32,000 bases of DNA, from the NCBI GenBank assembly GCA_963704755.1, contig OY969938.1, forward strand, positions 3,600,001 through 3,632,000, given 5' to 3'. The notes below the pieces were generated by a model. The model saw only the letters and a list, made by a program, of their open reading frames with translations. It searched no databases and was not told where the DNA came from. The stretch is from an uncultured Chloroflexia bacterium. GTDB lineage: Bacteria; Chloroflexota; Anaerolineae; Anaerolineales; Anaerolineaceae. Positions 1 to 7,990 of the stretch are shown one piece after another. Positions within the stretch are counted from its first letter, which is position 1, and each line of letters opens with the position of its first letter. The translations under genes and the position numbers were made by a program.

Positions 1-119
1 AGGCTAAAGATCTCGCCTTTCTGAATCTGCAAATCTATGCCTTTAACCGCCTGGACCTCATCATGCTGGGCGTTGCGGTAGGTTTTTGCCAGGTCTTTCG
101 TTTCAACCATTGGGTCCAT
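1..119 (-). CDS. ABC transporter ATP-binding protein, N-terminal fragment (gene continues past the left edge)
   Basis: Minus-strand ATG at 119-117, preceded by AAGGAG (revcomp of 126-131) with a 6-nt spacer. My translation is MDPMVETKDLAKTYRNAQHDEVQAVKGIDLQIQKGEIFSL, which looks like the usual start of an ABC ATPase just before Walker A. Too short to appear in the ORF track. Confidence 0.55.
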   Translation of the reverse strand, partial: MDPMVETKDLAKTYRNAQHDEVQAVKGIDLQIQKGEIFS

Positions 120-752
120 CGTCGACTCCTTATCATCTTTCTTTGGCATAAAGGTTCCACGCCTGGGTGGGAATGGCTTTCTCAAGAAAGGGCTTGTCAC
201 CATATGGCAGAAGCGACCAGGCCTCGCGATGAAAATGTTCCTGTTTTTTATTTAGTGAACATGAGAAAGACATGCCCGGGTGGTCCTTGGGAAAAAGCGA
301 TTTTTATAACTCCTCAGGCTTCTGCCGTAGAGGCCCTGAATTTAGGTTTCTTCGCTGTCAGGCTGAGAAGTTACCGATGTTTTCTTTTTACGGAAAGGTA
401 AATCAATTTGTAGCAATTGTTTATACGAGAAGTAAACCGAATCGTTGCTCACAGCCGGGACCAGTTTTACTGTGAAGGAGTCTTCGATTGCTAAGGCAGT
501 TCGATGGATATTCTTGTGGGGATGATTTCCGGCTTAGCGGGAGACCGACCATGTCACCGCGCATGTGACACTCAGCGGGATTCACTTCTTAAATATAAAC
601 ACCGCGCGGTGCTCGTAAGGATCGCCTAAAAATAATTTGTCTTTCTACCGGCGTCGGGGAGAATTTTAAAACCGTCTCTTTTACAGAGAGGTCTGGCTGT
701 TTGATTCAGCGAAGTTAATATTATTTTAGCGCAAAAGGGAAGGGGATTAAAC

Positions 753-807
753 CCCCAAATCAGGTTATCTACGCGGGCTTCGCGCGCGCAGATAACCTGA
801 TTTGGGG
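753..807 (-). terminator. Long hairpin downstream of the che operon (candidate terminator)
   Basis: CCCCAAATCAGGTTATCT (753-770) pairs perfectly with AGATAACCTGATTTGGGG (790-807), around a GC-rich, partly self-pairing centre. It lies about 80 nt past the cheA-long stop at 890. On the minus strand it is followed by GTTTAAT, only a weak T tract. Confidence 0.4.
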
Positions 808-889
808 AATATTTCCATACGAGCGAGAGTGATTTCCTCTGGTCATGCAAAAGGGCCGGGTGGCTCGTCGCCGGGAAAAACCGGCTCCA

Positions 890-3085
890 TCAGGCCAGAT
901 CAGGATCCATTTGGCTTTCGCCTTGAAAGCGGCTGGAAATCGAACTCAGGTCTAACAGGATGGCCACTTCGCCTTCGCCCAATAAGGCACAGCCGGCCGC
1001 GTCGCGGGCGTGGGCGAGCTGCCCGGTCAGGGAACGGATGAGCACCTGCTGGCGCCCGATCAATTCGTCCACGGCCAGGGCGACCTGGCGATTTTCTCTT
1101 TCGATCACCACAACCAGGCAACCCAGGTAGCCATTCACCCGTTTTTCCAGCCCGCTCAACGGATAAATCGGCAGCCAGTGTTCGGCCTGGCGTACGAGCG
1201 TGTACCCGCCGCCGGCCGATGCGCACGCCAGGTCGGCCTGATCCGGTACGGCGATGCGCTGGATGGCGCTGACCGGTACGACATACAGAATCGATCCGGC
1301 CCGCATGACCATCCCGTCCACGACGGTCAGGTCGATCGGTACCTGAAGGCTGAAGCACAGCCCGCCCTGGGGATTATTTTGGATCTGTAATCCGCCATCC
1401 CGGCTGGCAAGCGCCTGACTTACTTCAATCAGATCGGCTCTAACGGCGTCCCGGCCAGTTCGCGGGCTATCGATTCCCGCACCGTCATCCTGCACCAGCA
1501 CCTGGATAGCCGTCTCCTTCTGGGCCAGGCTAATCTCCAGCCGGGCCTGGCGCGGCTTGCCGGCGGCTTCGCGTTGCGCGGGTGTTTCGATACTGCGCTC
1601 GATCGCATAGCGGACCAGATCGGGCAGCACCCTGCCCAAAACTTCGACGATGGCCTGGTCAAGCTCTACTTCGCCGCCTTCCAGAACCAATCCAACCTCT
1701 TTTTCGTTACGAGTTGAAAACTCATGAACCATCGCGACCAATGGGTCGAGTAGGTCGGCTGCAGGGCAGATGCCCAGGGAACGGACCTGTTCCTGCAGCT
1801 CGGATAAGGCCGCACCCAGTTTCACGTCCACGCGATAGAGTGTGTCCATGTGATGCGACCATTCCTCCAGGAACGAGACCAGGCAGCGGCGAACGTCGGT
1901 CCCATCCGCCAGGGCAGTCTCGACCAGGCGCAGGATCGATTTTCCCAGGTCGTCGTCGATCAATCGTGTCAGCAGCCGGTGGGATGTGGCCTGGTCGGCG
2001 ACCATTTCGCCCACCGCTTCCATCAGCCCCGGCAGGGCTCGGGAGGTCCTGTCCGGAGCGGATTCCAACCGGGAGTCATCCCTGCCCGGAGAAAGAGGGA
2101 GCAAAAGGGGTGCCGGCTGGACTTCCGATTTTATGCCTTTGACCGGCCAGATAAAAGCGGCGAGGTCGAGCGATCGCTCGACCCCCAATTGGCCGGCGCA
2201 ATCCAGGATGTGCAGAAATTCGTCGGCCAGGTCCAGTTTACTGCGTTGGAGAGCCAGGAGATTTTGCGTGCTCGCAGTCACAGAATCAGAACGGGAGAGG
2301 GCCTGGGCCGTCTCGAGAATGCTGTCCAGCAAGGCGCACACTTCCGTGAAACCCATTCCTTCGGCGGCCAGTTTCAGCGTGTCGATTTCCGCAACCAGCG
2401 CGGCGAATGCGCCTTGGGGATGGGCGGCCAGGCCCTGCAAGCCATCCTCGAGCTTGGGAATCTGTTCCGCGGCGATTTCCAGGAAGATGTCCAGGTAGGT
2501 CGAATTGCAAGCCGGATCGATGTGCTCGACGACCAGTTCGGCAACCGGCTCTGGTTCGCGAGGCGTTTCCGCTGCAGGTGGGGGAATGGCCTCCGGTTCG
2601 GCCGGCGCTGGCCCGGCGGGAGCAGGCTCTTGAGCCGTGGACGCTTGTTGGGGAAGCGGGCTGGTGCCCCCGCTGGGTTTTCGGCTCTCGATCAGGTAGG
2701 ACAGGCGGGCCAGGGCAGGTTCGACCTGTTCGGGCGCGGCATCCGTGTGGCTGGAAAGCACTTCGGCTTGCAGGCTGCGTAATTGGTCGATGATGGCGTA
2801 GAGCATTTCGGTCATCTCGCTGTCCAGCGGAACCCCTTCGTCGCGTACCAGCGATACCAGGGTTTCTGCCCGGTGAGACAACCCCTCCAACACCGATAAA
2901 CCCATCATGCGGGCTACCCCTTTGAAGGTGTGCATGGCGCGAAACAGAGCCGCTACCATTCCACTATCGGCCGGTTCACCCTCCAGCTTGAGCAGGACGT
3001 CTTCGGCCAGATCGAGATTTTCTCGAAAATCCTGGTCGAAGGCGGCCCACAGTTCATCGATTTCGGACGAATTATTTGGACTCAT
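890..3085 (-). CDS. cheA: CheA-like protein: HPt, Pro-rich linker, HPt-like domain with Asp at the His position, degenerate P3/P4, CheW-like P5 (predicted phospho-acceptor pseudokinase)
   Basis: 731-aa ORF. N-terminal HPt motif FRAMHTFKGVARMMGL (His52, codon 2930-2932). Pro/Ala/Glu linker at residues ~136-183. Second HPt-like segment YLDIFLEIAAEQ...VAEIDTLKLAAEGMGFTEV with Asp235 (codon 2381-2383) where His is expected. The kinase-core-like region keeps G1 (DDGAGID), but its N box reads DLVRYAIERSIE and no GxGxG G2 box is visible. The C-terminal CheW-like domain ends ...GCALLGEGEVAILLD. Confidence 0.85.
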   Translation of the reverse strand: MSPNNSSEIDELWAAFDQDFRENLDLAEDVLLKLEGEPADSGMVAALFRAMHTFKGVARMMGLSVLEGLSHRAETLVSLVRDEGVPLDSEMTEMLYAIIDQLRSLQAEVLSSHTDAAPEQVEPALARLSYLIESRKPSGGTSPLPQQASTAQEPAPAGPAPAEPEAIPPPAAETPREPEPVAELVVEHIDPACNSTYLDIFLEIAAEQIPKLEDGLQGLAAHPQGAFAALVAEIDTLKLAAEGMGFTEVCALLDSILETAQALSRSDSVTASTQNLLALQRSKLDLADEFLHILDCAGQLGVERSLDLAAFIWPVKGIKSEVQPAPLLLPLSPGRDDSRLESAPDRTSRALPGLMEAVGEMVADQATSHRLLTRLIDDDLGKSILRLVETALADGTDVRRCLVSFLEEWSHHMDTLYRVDVKLGAALSELQEQVRSLGICPAADLLDPLVAMVHEFSTRNEKEVGLVLEGGEVELDQAIVEVLGRVLPDLVRYAIERSIETPAQREAAGKPRQARLEISLAQKETAIQVLVQDDGAGIDSPRTGRDAVRADLIEVSQALASRDGGLQIQNNPQGGLCFSLQVPIDLTVVDGMVMRAGSILYVVPVSAIQRIAVPDQADLACASAGGGYTLVRQAEHWLPIYPLSGLEKRVNGYLGCLVVVIERENRQVALAVDELIGRQQVLIRSLTGQLAHARDAAGCALLGEGEVAILLDLSSISSRFQGESQMDPDLA

Positions 3086-3091
3086 GATCGA

Positions 3092-3514
3092 TCATGGTTT
3101 AGGGCTCATTTCCATACCGAGGACTTTGTAGATCGCCTGAAATATCTCGCTTGCCCGGCGATCTTCGAGATCGAAGGATACTGAACCCGAAGGTTTAGAA
3201 ACAAACGCATCCGCGCCAAGTCCGAGCGCCTGGCCTACCCGGCGGTGATCGCTGCCGACCAGCGAACTGAGAATGATGATCTTTGCGCGCGTCCGCAAGC
3301 GCGCATGGCGCAAGAATTCCAGGCCGTCCATCTCCGGCATTTCGATATCCAGGAGGATCACGTCCGGTTTTACTTCGGACAGTTTTTGCAAGGCCTCTTT
3401 TCCGTTGGCGGCAGTACAGGCTACCTCCAGCGCGGGGTCCTTGCCGATAATTCTACTGATTGCCAGACGCATTGTCCCTGAATCGTCCACAACCATGATC
3501 TTTTTCTTATCCAT
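3092..3514 (-). CDS. cheY: Stand-alone receiver domain protein (CheY-like, with CheB-type receiver features)
   Basis: 140 aa. Acidic pocket VVDDS, phospho-acceptor LLDIEMPEMDG, IILSS and FVSKP. The stop lies 6 nt before the cheA-long start. Confidence 0.85.
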   Translation of the reverse strand: MDKKKIMVVDDSGTMRLAISRIIGKDPALEVACTAANGKEALQKLSEVKPDVILLDIEMPEMDGLEFLRHARLRTRAKIIILSSLVGSDHRRVGQALGLGADAFVSKPSGSVSFDLEDRRASEIFQAIYKVLGMEMSPKP

Positions 3515-3555
3515 TTCGCCTTCTTTCGATCCACTTACAAATGAGCAGGCGCTTT

Positions 3556-5490
3556 TTAGAAATCTGCGTAGCCGCGTTCGTCGCGGTCGATGGAAGCCGG
3601 CGCCAGGCGGCGGCTGCCATTGCCGCCTTTGGGTTTAGCGCTCCGAGCCGGCTGCTTGTTCGGCGTCTCGGCCGCCGGCCGGATCGCCTGCGCCGTCAAG
3701 TTGGCCGCCTGGCCGGCCCGCAGTTGAAAGCGGGCCACTTCTTCACGCAGCCGGTCGGCCAGCCCGCCCAGTTCGTCCGCCGTGCTGGCCAGCTCTTCGC
3801 TCTGCGAGCTGTTCGACTGGGTGCCCTGGCTGACCTGGCTCATGGCGATGTTGATCTGACCGAGAGCCTTGCTCTGCTCTTCGCTGGCCGCGGCGATCTC
3901 GGCGACCAGGTCCTTGACCTTGACCACGTTCTGGACGATTTCGCCCAGGGAGGTGGAAGTCTCGGCGCTGATGCTGACGCCTTCCTGGACACGGCGGTTG
4001 GAGTCCTCGATCAGCTCGGCCGTCGAATGGGCGGCCTTGGCGCTGCGCTCGGCCAGGTTGCGCACTTCCTGGGCGACCACCGCGAAGCCGCGGCCGTGCT
4101 GGCCGGCCCGGGCGGCTTCCACGGCCGCATTGAGGGCCAGGAGGTTGGTCTGGAAGGCGATCTCGTCGATCACCTTAATGATCTTGGCAATCTCTTGCGA
4201 AGAGCGTGAGATCGAATCCATGGCAGTGGTCATGGTTTTCATCTTCTCCAGCCCAACGGAGGCTAAAGTACTGGTCTGGCTGGCCAACTGGTTGGCAAAG
4301 CTGGCATTTTCAGCGGAAGCCTTGACCTGGGAGTCCGACTCCTCCAGGTTGGAGGCCACTTCCTCGACCGAGGCGGACTGTTCCTGGGCATTGGCGGCCA
4401 GGTCCTGGCTGGAAGCCTGCACCTGCTCGGTGGCCTGGCCTACCTGAGTCACGACCGAATCCACCTGCTGCAAGGTATTGTTCAGCCCTTCGATGGCTGC
4501 TGAGAGGGCCGTCCTGATCCTGGAAAATTCGCCCTTATAATCGCCGTTCGGCTCGACTTTGAGATCGCCTTCCGCCATTTTCTCGGATACGTTGACGATA
4601 TCCGCGACAACCTCACGCAGGTCGGCATTCATCTGGCCGTAGGCCGACCCGGTTTCCTGCAATTTGGCGATCATGGCATTGAAAGCCAGGGCCAAATCGC
4701 CGATCTCATCCGAAGAATGGTAGGTTAACGCTTCGGCCTGGAGGGAAAAAGATTGGGTCAGGTCGCCCTGGGACATGGCCTGCATTGCACCGGCCAGGCT
4801 GGGCAGGTCGGTTTGCGAGATCTGGCGGGCAGTGGCGGCCACCACCCGGGCCCCATTGGACAGCGAGCGAGACAGGAAGAAGGCGATGCCCAGGCCCAGC
4901 AGGATGGCCGCGGCCAGGACGCCCAGGATCTCCATACGTGCCTGGCCATAGGTCTGGCCGGCTTCCTGATAGCTCAGGTCGGCCTGGGTTTCTTTGGCCT
5001 GGACCAACTGGGCCGCATTTTCCTGGATAACGGAGGCATCCGCTTCGGCTGTGGCGAGCAATTCCACGGCCTGGTTATCCTGGTCGGTCTGGGCCAGTTG
5101 CAAGGCGCCCTCGACGACGTTGGCGTAATCGGTGGCGTGGGCATCGATTTGGGCCAGGTAAGCCTGGTCCTGGCTGCTGGCATCCTGATTGAGGACCTTC
5201 ATATCCGCGTCGATGGTTGCGCGAGCGTCGGATTCCTGTTGGACGCGCTGAGAGAATTCAGTCGAACCGGCCTGGTCGATGATCGCATTGGACACGGCGG
5301 CATCGATCGAGACGATGTTCTTCTCCAGGTCATTGGCCACGATGATGCCTTGCAGGTCATTTTGGTAAAGGCCGTCGGTGTCGCTCTTGATCGAATTGGC
5401 GCTCAGAATACCGAACACCCCGACAATGCCGGTCAAAACCAGCACTGCGGCAAAGGCTAACAACAATTTGTTGCGGATATTCAACTTCAT
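3556..5490 (-). CDS. Methyl-accepting chemotaxis protein, two TM helices, periplasmic helical sensor, HAMP plus an extra HAMP-like unit
   Basis: I place the start at MKLNIRNK (ATG 5490), preceded by AGGGAGGGG; the track ORF begins 7 codons earlier. TM1 is [21 protein letters not shown] and TM2 is [23 protein letters not shown] motif: GDLTQS...[14 protein letters not shown]. Signalling hairpin: [40 protein letters not shown]. Confidence 0.9.
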   Translation of the reverse strand: MKLNIRNKLLLAFAAVLVLTGIVGVFGILSANSIKSDTDGLYQNDLQGIIVANDLEKNIVSIDAAVSNAIIDQAGSTEFSQRVQQESDARATIDADMKVLNQDASSQDQAYLAQIDAHATDYANVVEGALQLAQTDQDNQAVELLATAEADASVIQENAAQLVQAKETQADLSYQEAGQTYGQARMEILGVLAAAILLGLGIAFFLSRSLSNGARVVAATARQISQTDLPSLAGAMQAMSQGDLTQSFSLQAEALTYHSSDEIGDLALAFNAMIAKLQETGSAYGQMNADLREVVADIVNVSEKMAEGDLKVEPNGDYKGEFSRIRTALSAAIEGLNNTLQQVDSVVTQVGQATEQVQASSQDLAANAQEQSASVEEVASNLEESDSQVKASAENASFANQLASQTSTLASVGLEKMKTMTTAMDSISRSSQEIAKIIKVIDEIAFQTNLLALNAAVEAARAGQHGRGFAVVAQEVRNLAERSAKAAHSTAELIEDSNRRVQEGVSISAETSTSLGEIVQNVVKVKDLVAEIAAASEEQSKALGQINIAMSQVSQGTQSNSSQSEELASTADELGGLADRLREEVARFQLRAGQAANLTAQAIRPAAETPNKQPARSAKPKGGNGSRRLAPASIDRDERGYADF

Positions 5491-5546
5491 TCCAACCCCT
5501 CCCTGTAACAATTAGGTATTTTTATAAATCGACTTTTTGTTTGTTG

Positions 5547-5574
5547 CTGAGTTTCGGAAAAGCTGAAAACTCAG
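5547..5574 (-). other. Intra-operon stem-loop abutting the cheW stop codon
   Basis: CTGAGTTT (5547-5554) pairs with AAACTCAG (5567-5574). It sits directly 3' of the cheW stop (5576-5578) on the minus strand, and no T tract follows. Confidence 0.3.
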
Positions 5575-5575
5575 A

Positions 5576-6121
5576 TTATGCCTCAGGTAATTCACTGTTC
5601 TCCATGGTCGTCAGGTCAACGTCTTGAGGATCCATTAATAGCCGGGTTATATCTAAAATCATGCTGACGCTGTTGTTTTGTTTTGCCAGGCCCAGGACCA
5701 CACCGCGGCTTTCGTTACTGTGCCAGTTCGGCGGTGGGTCGATGTATTCCTGGGGGATCGTGACCACATCCGTGACGCGATCGACGACCAGCCCGGTCTG
5801 AGAATTATTCTGGTCCAGTACGACAATCGTGGTGCGGTCGTCATAATCCCGCCAGGGCAAGCCAAACCGGAGCCTCAGGTCCATCACCGGGATCACTTTC
5901 CCACGCAGGTTCATCGCCCCGCGAATGAAATCCGGCATGTCCGGCACAGCCGAAATGCGCTGCATCCCGACAATTTCGGTCACGTATTGGATATTTACCG
6001 CATAGGTTTCACCGGCTAAATCAAACGTCATGTACATGTGTTCGATTTCCCCGCCTTCGGCAGCCTCGGATAAGGAACCATCGCGCATCGAGATTTGCTG
6101 GTCCGATAATTGTTCTGTCAT
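5576..6121 (-). CDS. cheW: CheW coupling protein
   Basis: CheW-like sequence: FDLAGETYAVNIQYVTEIVGMQRISAVPDMPDFIRGAMNLRGKVIPVMDLRLRFG. AGGAGG lies immediately upstream of ATG-TAC-ATG, so I prefer the second ATG (6121) for spacing; 6127 is the alternative. The upstream part of the track ORF overlaps the mcp stop and is unlikely to be coding. Confidence 0.85.
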   Translation of the reverse strand: MTEQLSDQQISMRDGSLSEAAEGGEIEHMYMTFDLAGETYAVNIQYVTEIVGMQRISAVPDMPDFIRGAMNLRGKVIPVMDLRLRFGLPWRDYDDRTTIVVLDQNNSQTGLVVDRVTDVVTIPQEYIDPPPNWHSNESRGVVLGLAKQNNSVSMILDITRLLMDPQDVDLTTMENSELPEA

Positions 6122-6137
6122 GTACATCCTCCTGATA

Positions 6138-7916
6138 TTAGAAATCTGCGTAACCGCGTTCGTCGCGGTCGATGGAAGCCGGCGCCAGACGGTTGCTGCC
6201 ATTGCCGCCTTTTGGTTTAGCGCTCCGAGCCGGCTGCTTGCGCGACGTCTCGGCCCCTGGCCGGATCGTCTGGCCGGCCCGCAGTTGAAAGCGGGCCACT
6301 TCTTCGCGCAGCCGGTCGGCCAGCCCGCCCAGCTCGTCCGCCGTGCTGGCCAGCTCTTCGCTCTGCGAGCTGTTCGACTGGGTGCCCTGGCTGACCTGGC
6401 TCATGGCGATGTTGATCTGACCGAGAGCCTTGCTCTGCTCTTCGCTGGCCGCGGCGATCTCGGCGACCAGGTCCTTGACCTTGACCACATTCTGGACGAT
6501 TTCGCCCAGGGAGGTGGATGTCTCGGCGCTGATGCTGACGCCTTCCTGGACACGGCGGTTGGAGTCCTCGATCAGCTCGGCCGTCGAGTGGGCGGCCTTG
6601 GCGCTGCGCTCGGCCAGGTTGCGCACTTCCTGGGCGACCACCGCGAAGCCACGGCCGTGCTGGCCGGCCCGGGCGGCTTCCACGGCCGCGTTGAGGGCCA
6701 GGAGGTTGGTCTGGAAGGCGATCTCGTCGATCACCTTGATGATCTTGGCAATCTCTTGCGAAGAGCGTGAGATCGAATCCATGGCAGTGGTCATGGTTTT
6801 CATCTTCTCCAGCCCCACAGAGGCTAAAGTACTGGTCTGGCTGGCCAACTGGTTGGCAAAGCTGGCATTTTCAGCGGAAGCCTTGACCTGGGAGTTCGAC
6901 TCCTCCAGGTTGGAGGCCACTTCCTCGACCGAGGCGGACTGTTCCTGGGCATTGGCGGCCAGGTCCTGGCTGGAAGCCTGCACCTGCTCGGTGGCCTGGC
7001 CGACCTGCACTACGACCGAATCCACCTGCTGCAGCGTATCATTGAGTCCCTCATTCATCTGGGTGTAGGCGGCTGCAGTTTCCTGCAATTTGGCGATCAT
7101 GGCATTGAAAGCCAGGGCCAAATCGCCGATCTCATCCGAAGAATGGTAGGTTAGCGCTTCGGCCTGGAGGGAAAAAGATTGGGTCAGGTCGCCCTGGGAC
7201 ATGGCCTGCATCGCGCCGGCCAGGCCGGGCAGGTCGGTTTGCGAGATCTGGCGGGCAGTGGCGGCCACCACCCGGGCCCCATTGGACAGCGAGCGAGACA
7301 GGAAGAAAGCGATGCCCAGGCCCAGCAGGATGGCCGCGGCCAGGACGCCCAGGATCTCCATGCGTGCCTGGCCGTAGGTCTGGCCGGCTTCCTGGTAGCT
7401 CAGATCGGCCTGGGTTTCTTTGGCCTGCACCAACTGGGCCGCATTTTCCTGGATAACGGAGGCATCCGCTTCGGCTGTGGCGAGCAATTCCACGGCCTGG
7501 TTATCCTGGTCGGTCTGGGCCAGTTGCAAGGCGCCCTCGACGACGTTGGCGTAATCGGTGGCGTGGGCATCGATTTGGGCCAGGTAAGCCTGGTCCTGGC
7601 TGCTGGCATCCTGATTGAGGACCTTCATATCCGCGTCGATGGTTGCGCGAGCGTCGGATTCCTGTTGGACGCGCTGAGAGAATTCAGTCGAACCGGCCTG
7701 GTCGATGATCGCGTTGGACACGGCGGCATCGATCGAGACGATGTTCTTCTCCAGGTCATTGGCCACGACGATGCCTTGCAGGTCATTTTGGTAAAGGCCA
7801 TCGGTATCGCTCTTGATCGAATTGGCACTCAGAATACCGAACACCCCGACAATGCCGGTCAAAACCAGCACTGCGGCAAAGGCTAACAACAATTTGTTGC
7901 GGATGTTTAATTTCAT
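6138..7916 (-). CDS. Methyl-accepting chemotaxis protein, near-identical paralog of 3556-5490 with a single HAMP
   Basis: Same N-terminus ([19 protein letters not shown]), sensor, HAMP and signalling domain as the other MCP. It lacks 45 aa after the HAMP and 7 aa in the C-terminal tail. An alternative start at 7994 forms an ATGA overlap with the cheB stop and would add 26 aa not present in the paralog. Confidence 0.88.
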   Translation of the reverse strand: MKLNIRNKLLLAFAAVLVLTGIVGVFGILSANSIKSDTDGLYQNDLQGIVVANDLEKNIVSIDAAVSNAIIDQAGSTEFSQRVQQESDARATIDADMKVLNQDASSQDQAYLAQIDAHATDYANVVEGALQLAQTDQDNQAVELLATAEADASVIQENAAQLVQAKETQADLSYQEAGQTYGQARMEILGVLAAAILLGLGIAFFLSRSLSNGARVVAATARQISQTDLPGLAGAMQAMSQGDLTQSFSLQAEALTYHSSDEIGDLALAFNAMIAKLQETAAAYTQMNEGLNDTLQQVDSVVVQVGQATEQVQASSQDLAANAQEQSASVEEVASNLEESNSQVKASAENASFANQLASQTSTLASVGLEKMKTMTTAMDSISRSSQEIAKIIKVIDEIAFQTNLLALNAAVEAARAGQHGRGFAVVAQEVRNLAERSAKAAHSTAELIEDSNRRVQEGVSISAETSTSLGEIVQNVVKVKDLVAEIAAASEEQSKALGQINIAMSQVSQGTQSNSSQSEELASTADELGGLADRLREEVARFQLRAGQTIRPGAETSRKQPARSAKPKGGNGSNRLAPASIDRDERGYADF

Positions 7917-7990
7917 TTCCAAACATTCCTTGATATATTCGTCTGCAATGCTATTAAAAATATTAACTGGGGGATTAATCCCACTTAATT

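Noticed and set aside
133-273. 46-aa minus-strand ORF (MSFSCSLNKKQEHFHREAWSLLPYGDKPFLEKAIPTQAWNLYAKER) ending just before the ABC ATPase RBS
   Set aside because: The placement is tempting as a possible small upstream gene or leader. However, there is only a weak AAGGA about 10 nt upstream and no recognisable family, and it is too short to judge. It would need conservation or ribosome-profiling evidence.
63-850. ORFs 63-401(+), 272-475(+) and 626-850(-) in the spacer between the ABC ATPase fragment and the che operon
   Set aside because: They have no convincing RBS and no recognisable family motifs. 63-401 overlaps the ABC ATPase start on the other strand, and 626-850 runs through the long hairpin at 753-807. 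I treat 120-889 as non-coding or decayed sequence.
5491-5511. N-terminal extensions offered by the ORF track (5511, 6202, 12084, 18114, 19633, 22456, 27644, 27726)
   Set aside because: In each case an internal start has a better Shine-Dalgarno sequence or matches the usual family N-terminus. The extension also overlaps a neighbouring gene or lacks homology to the paralog. For the MCP start at 7994 the ATGA overlap with cheB keeps the longer form possible, and this is noted in the feature.
1010-7886. Plus-strand ORFs inside the che genes (for example 1850-2782, 3541-4209, 4753-5460, 6030-6770, 7179-7886)
   Set aside because: All are antisense to strongly supported che and MCP genes. The paired 222/246-aa and 235/235-aa ORFs simply mirror the MCP duplication. 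The translations are Gly/Arg/Ala/Leu-rich without motifs.
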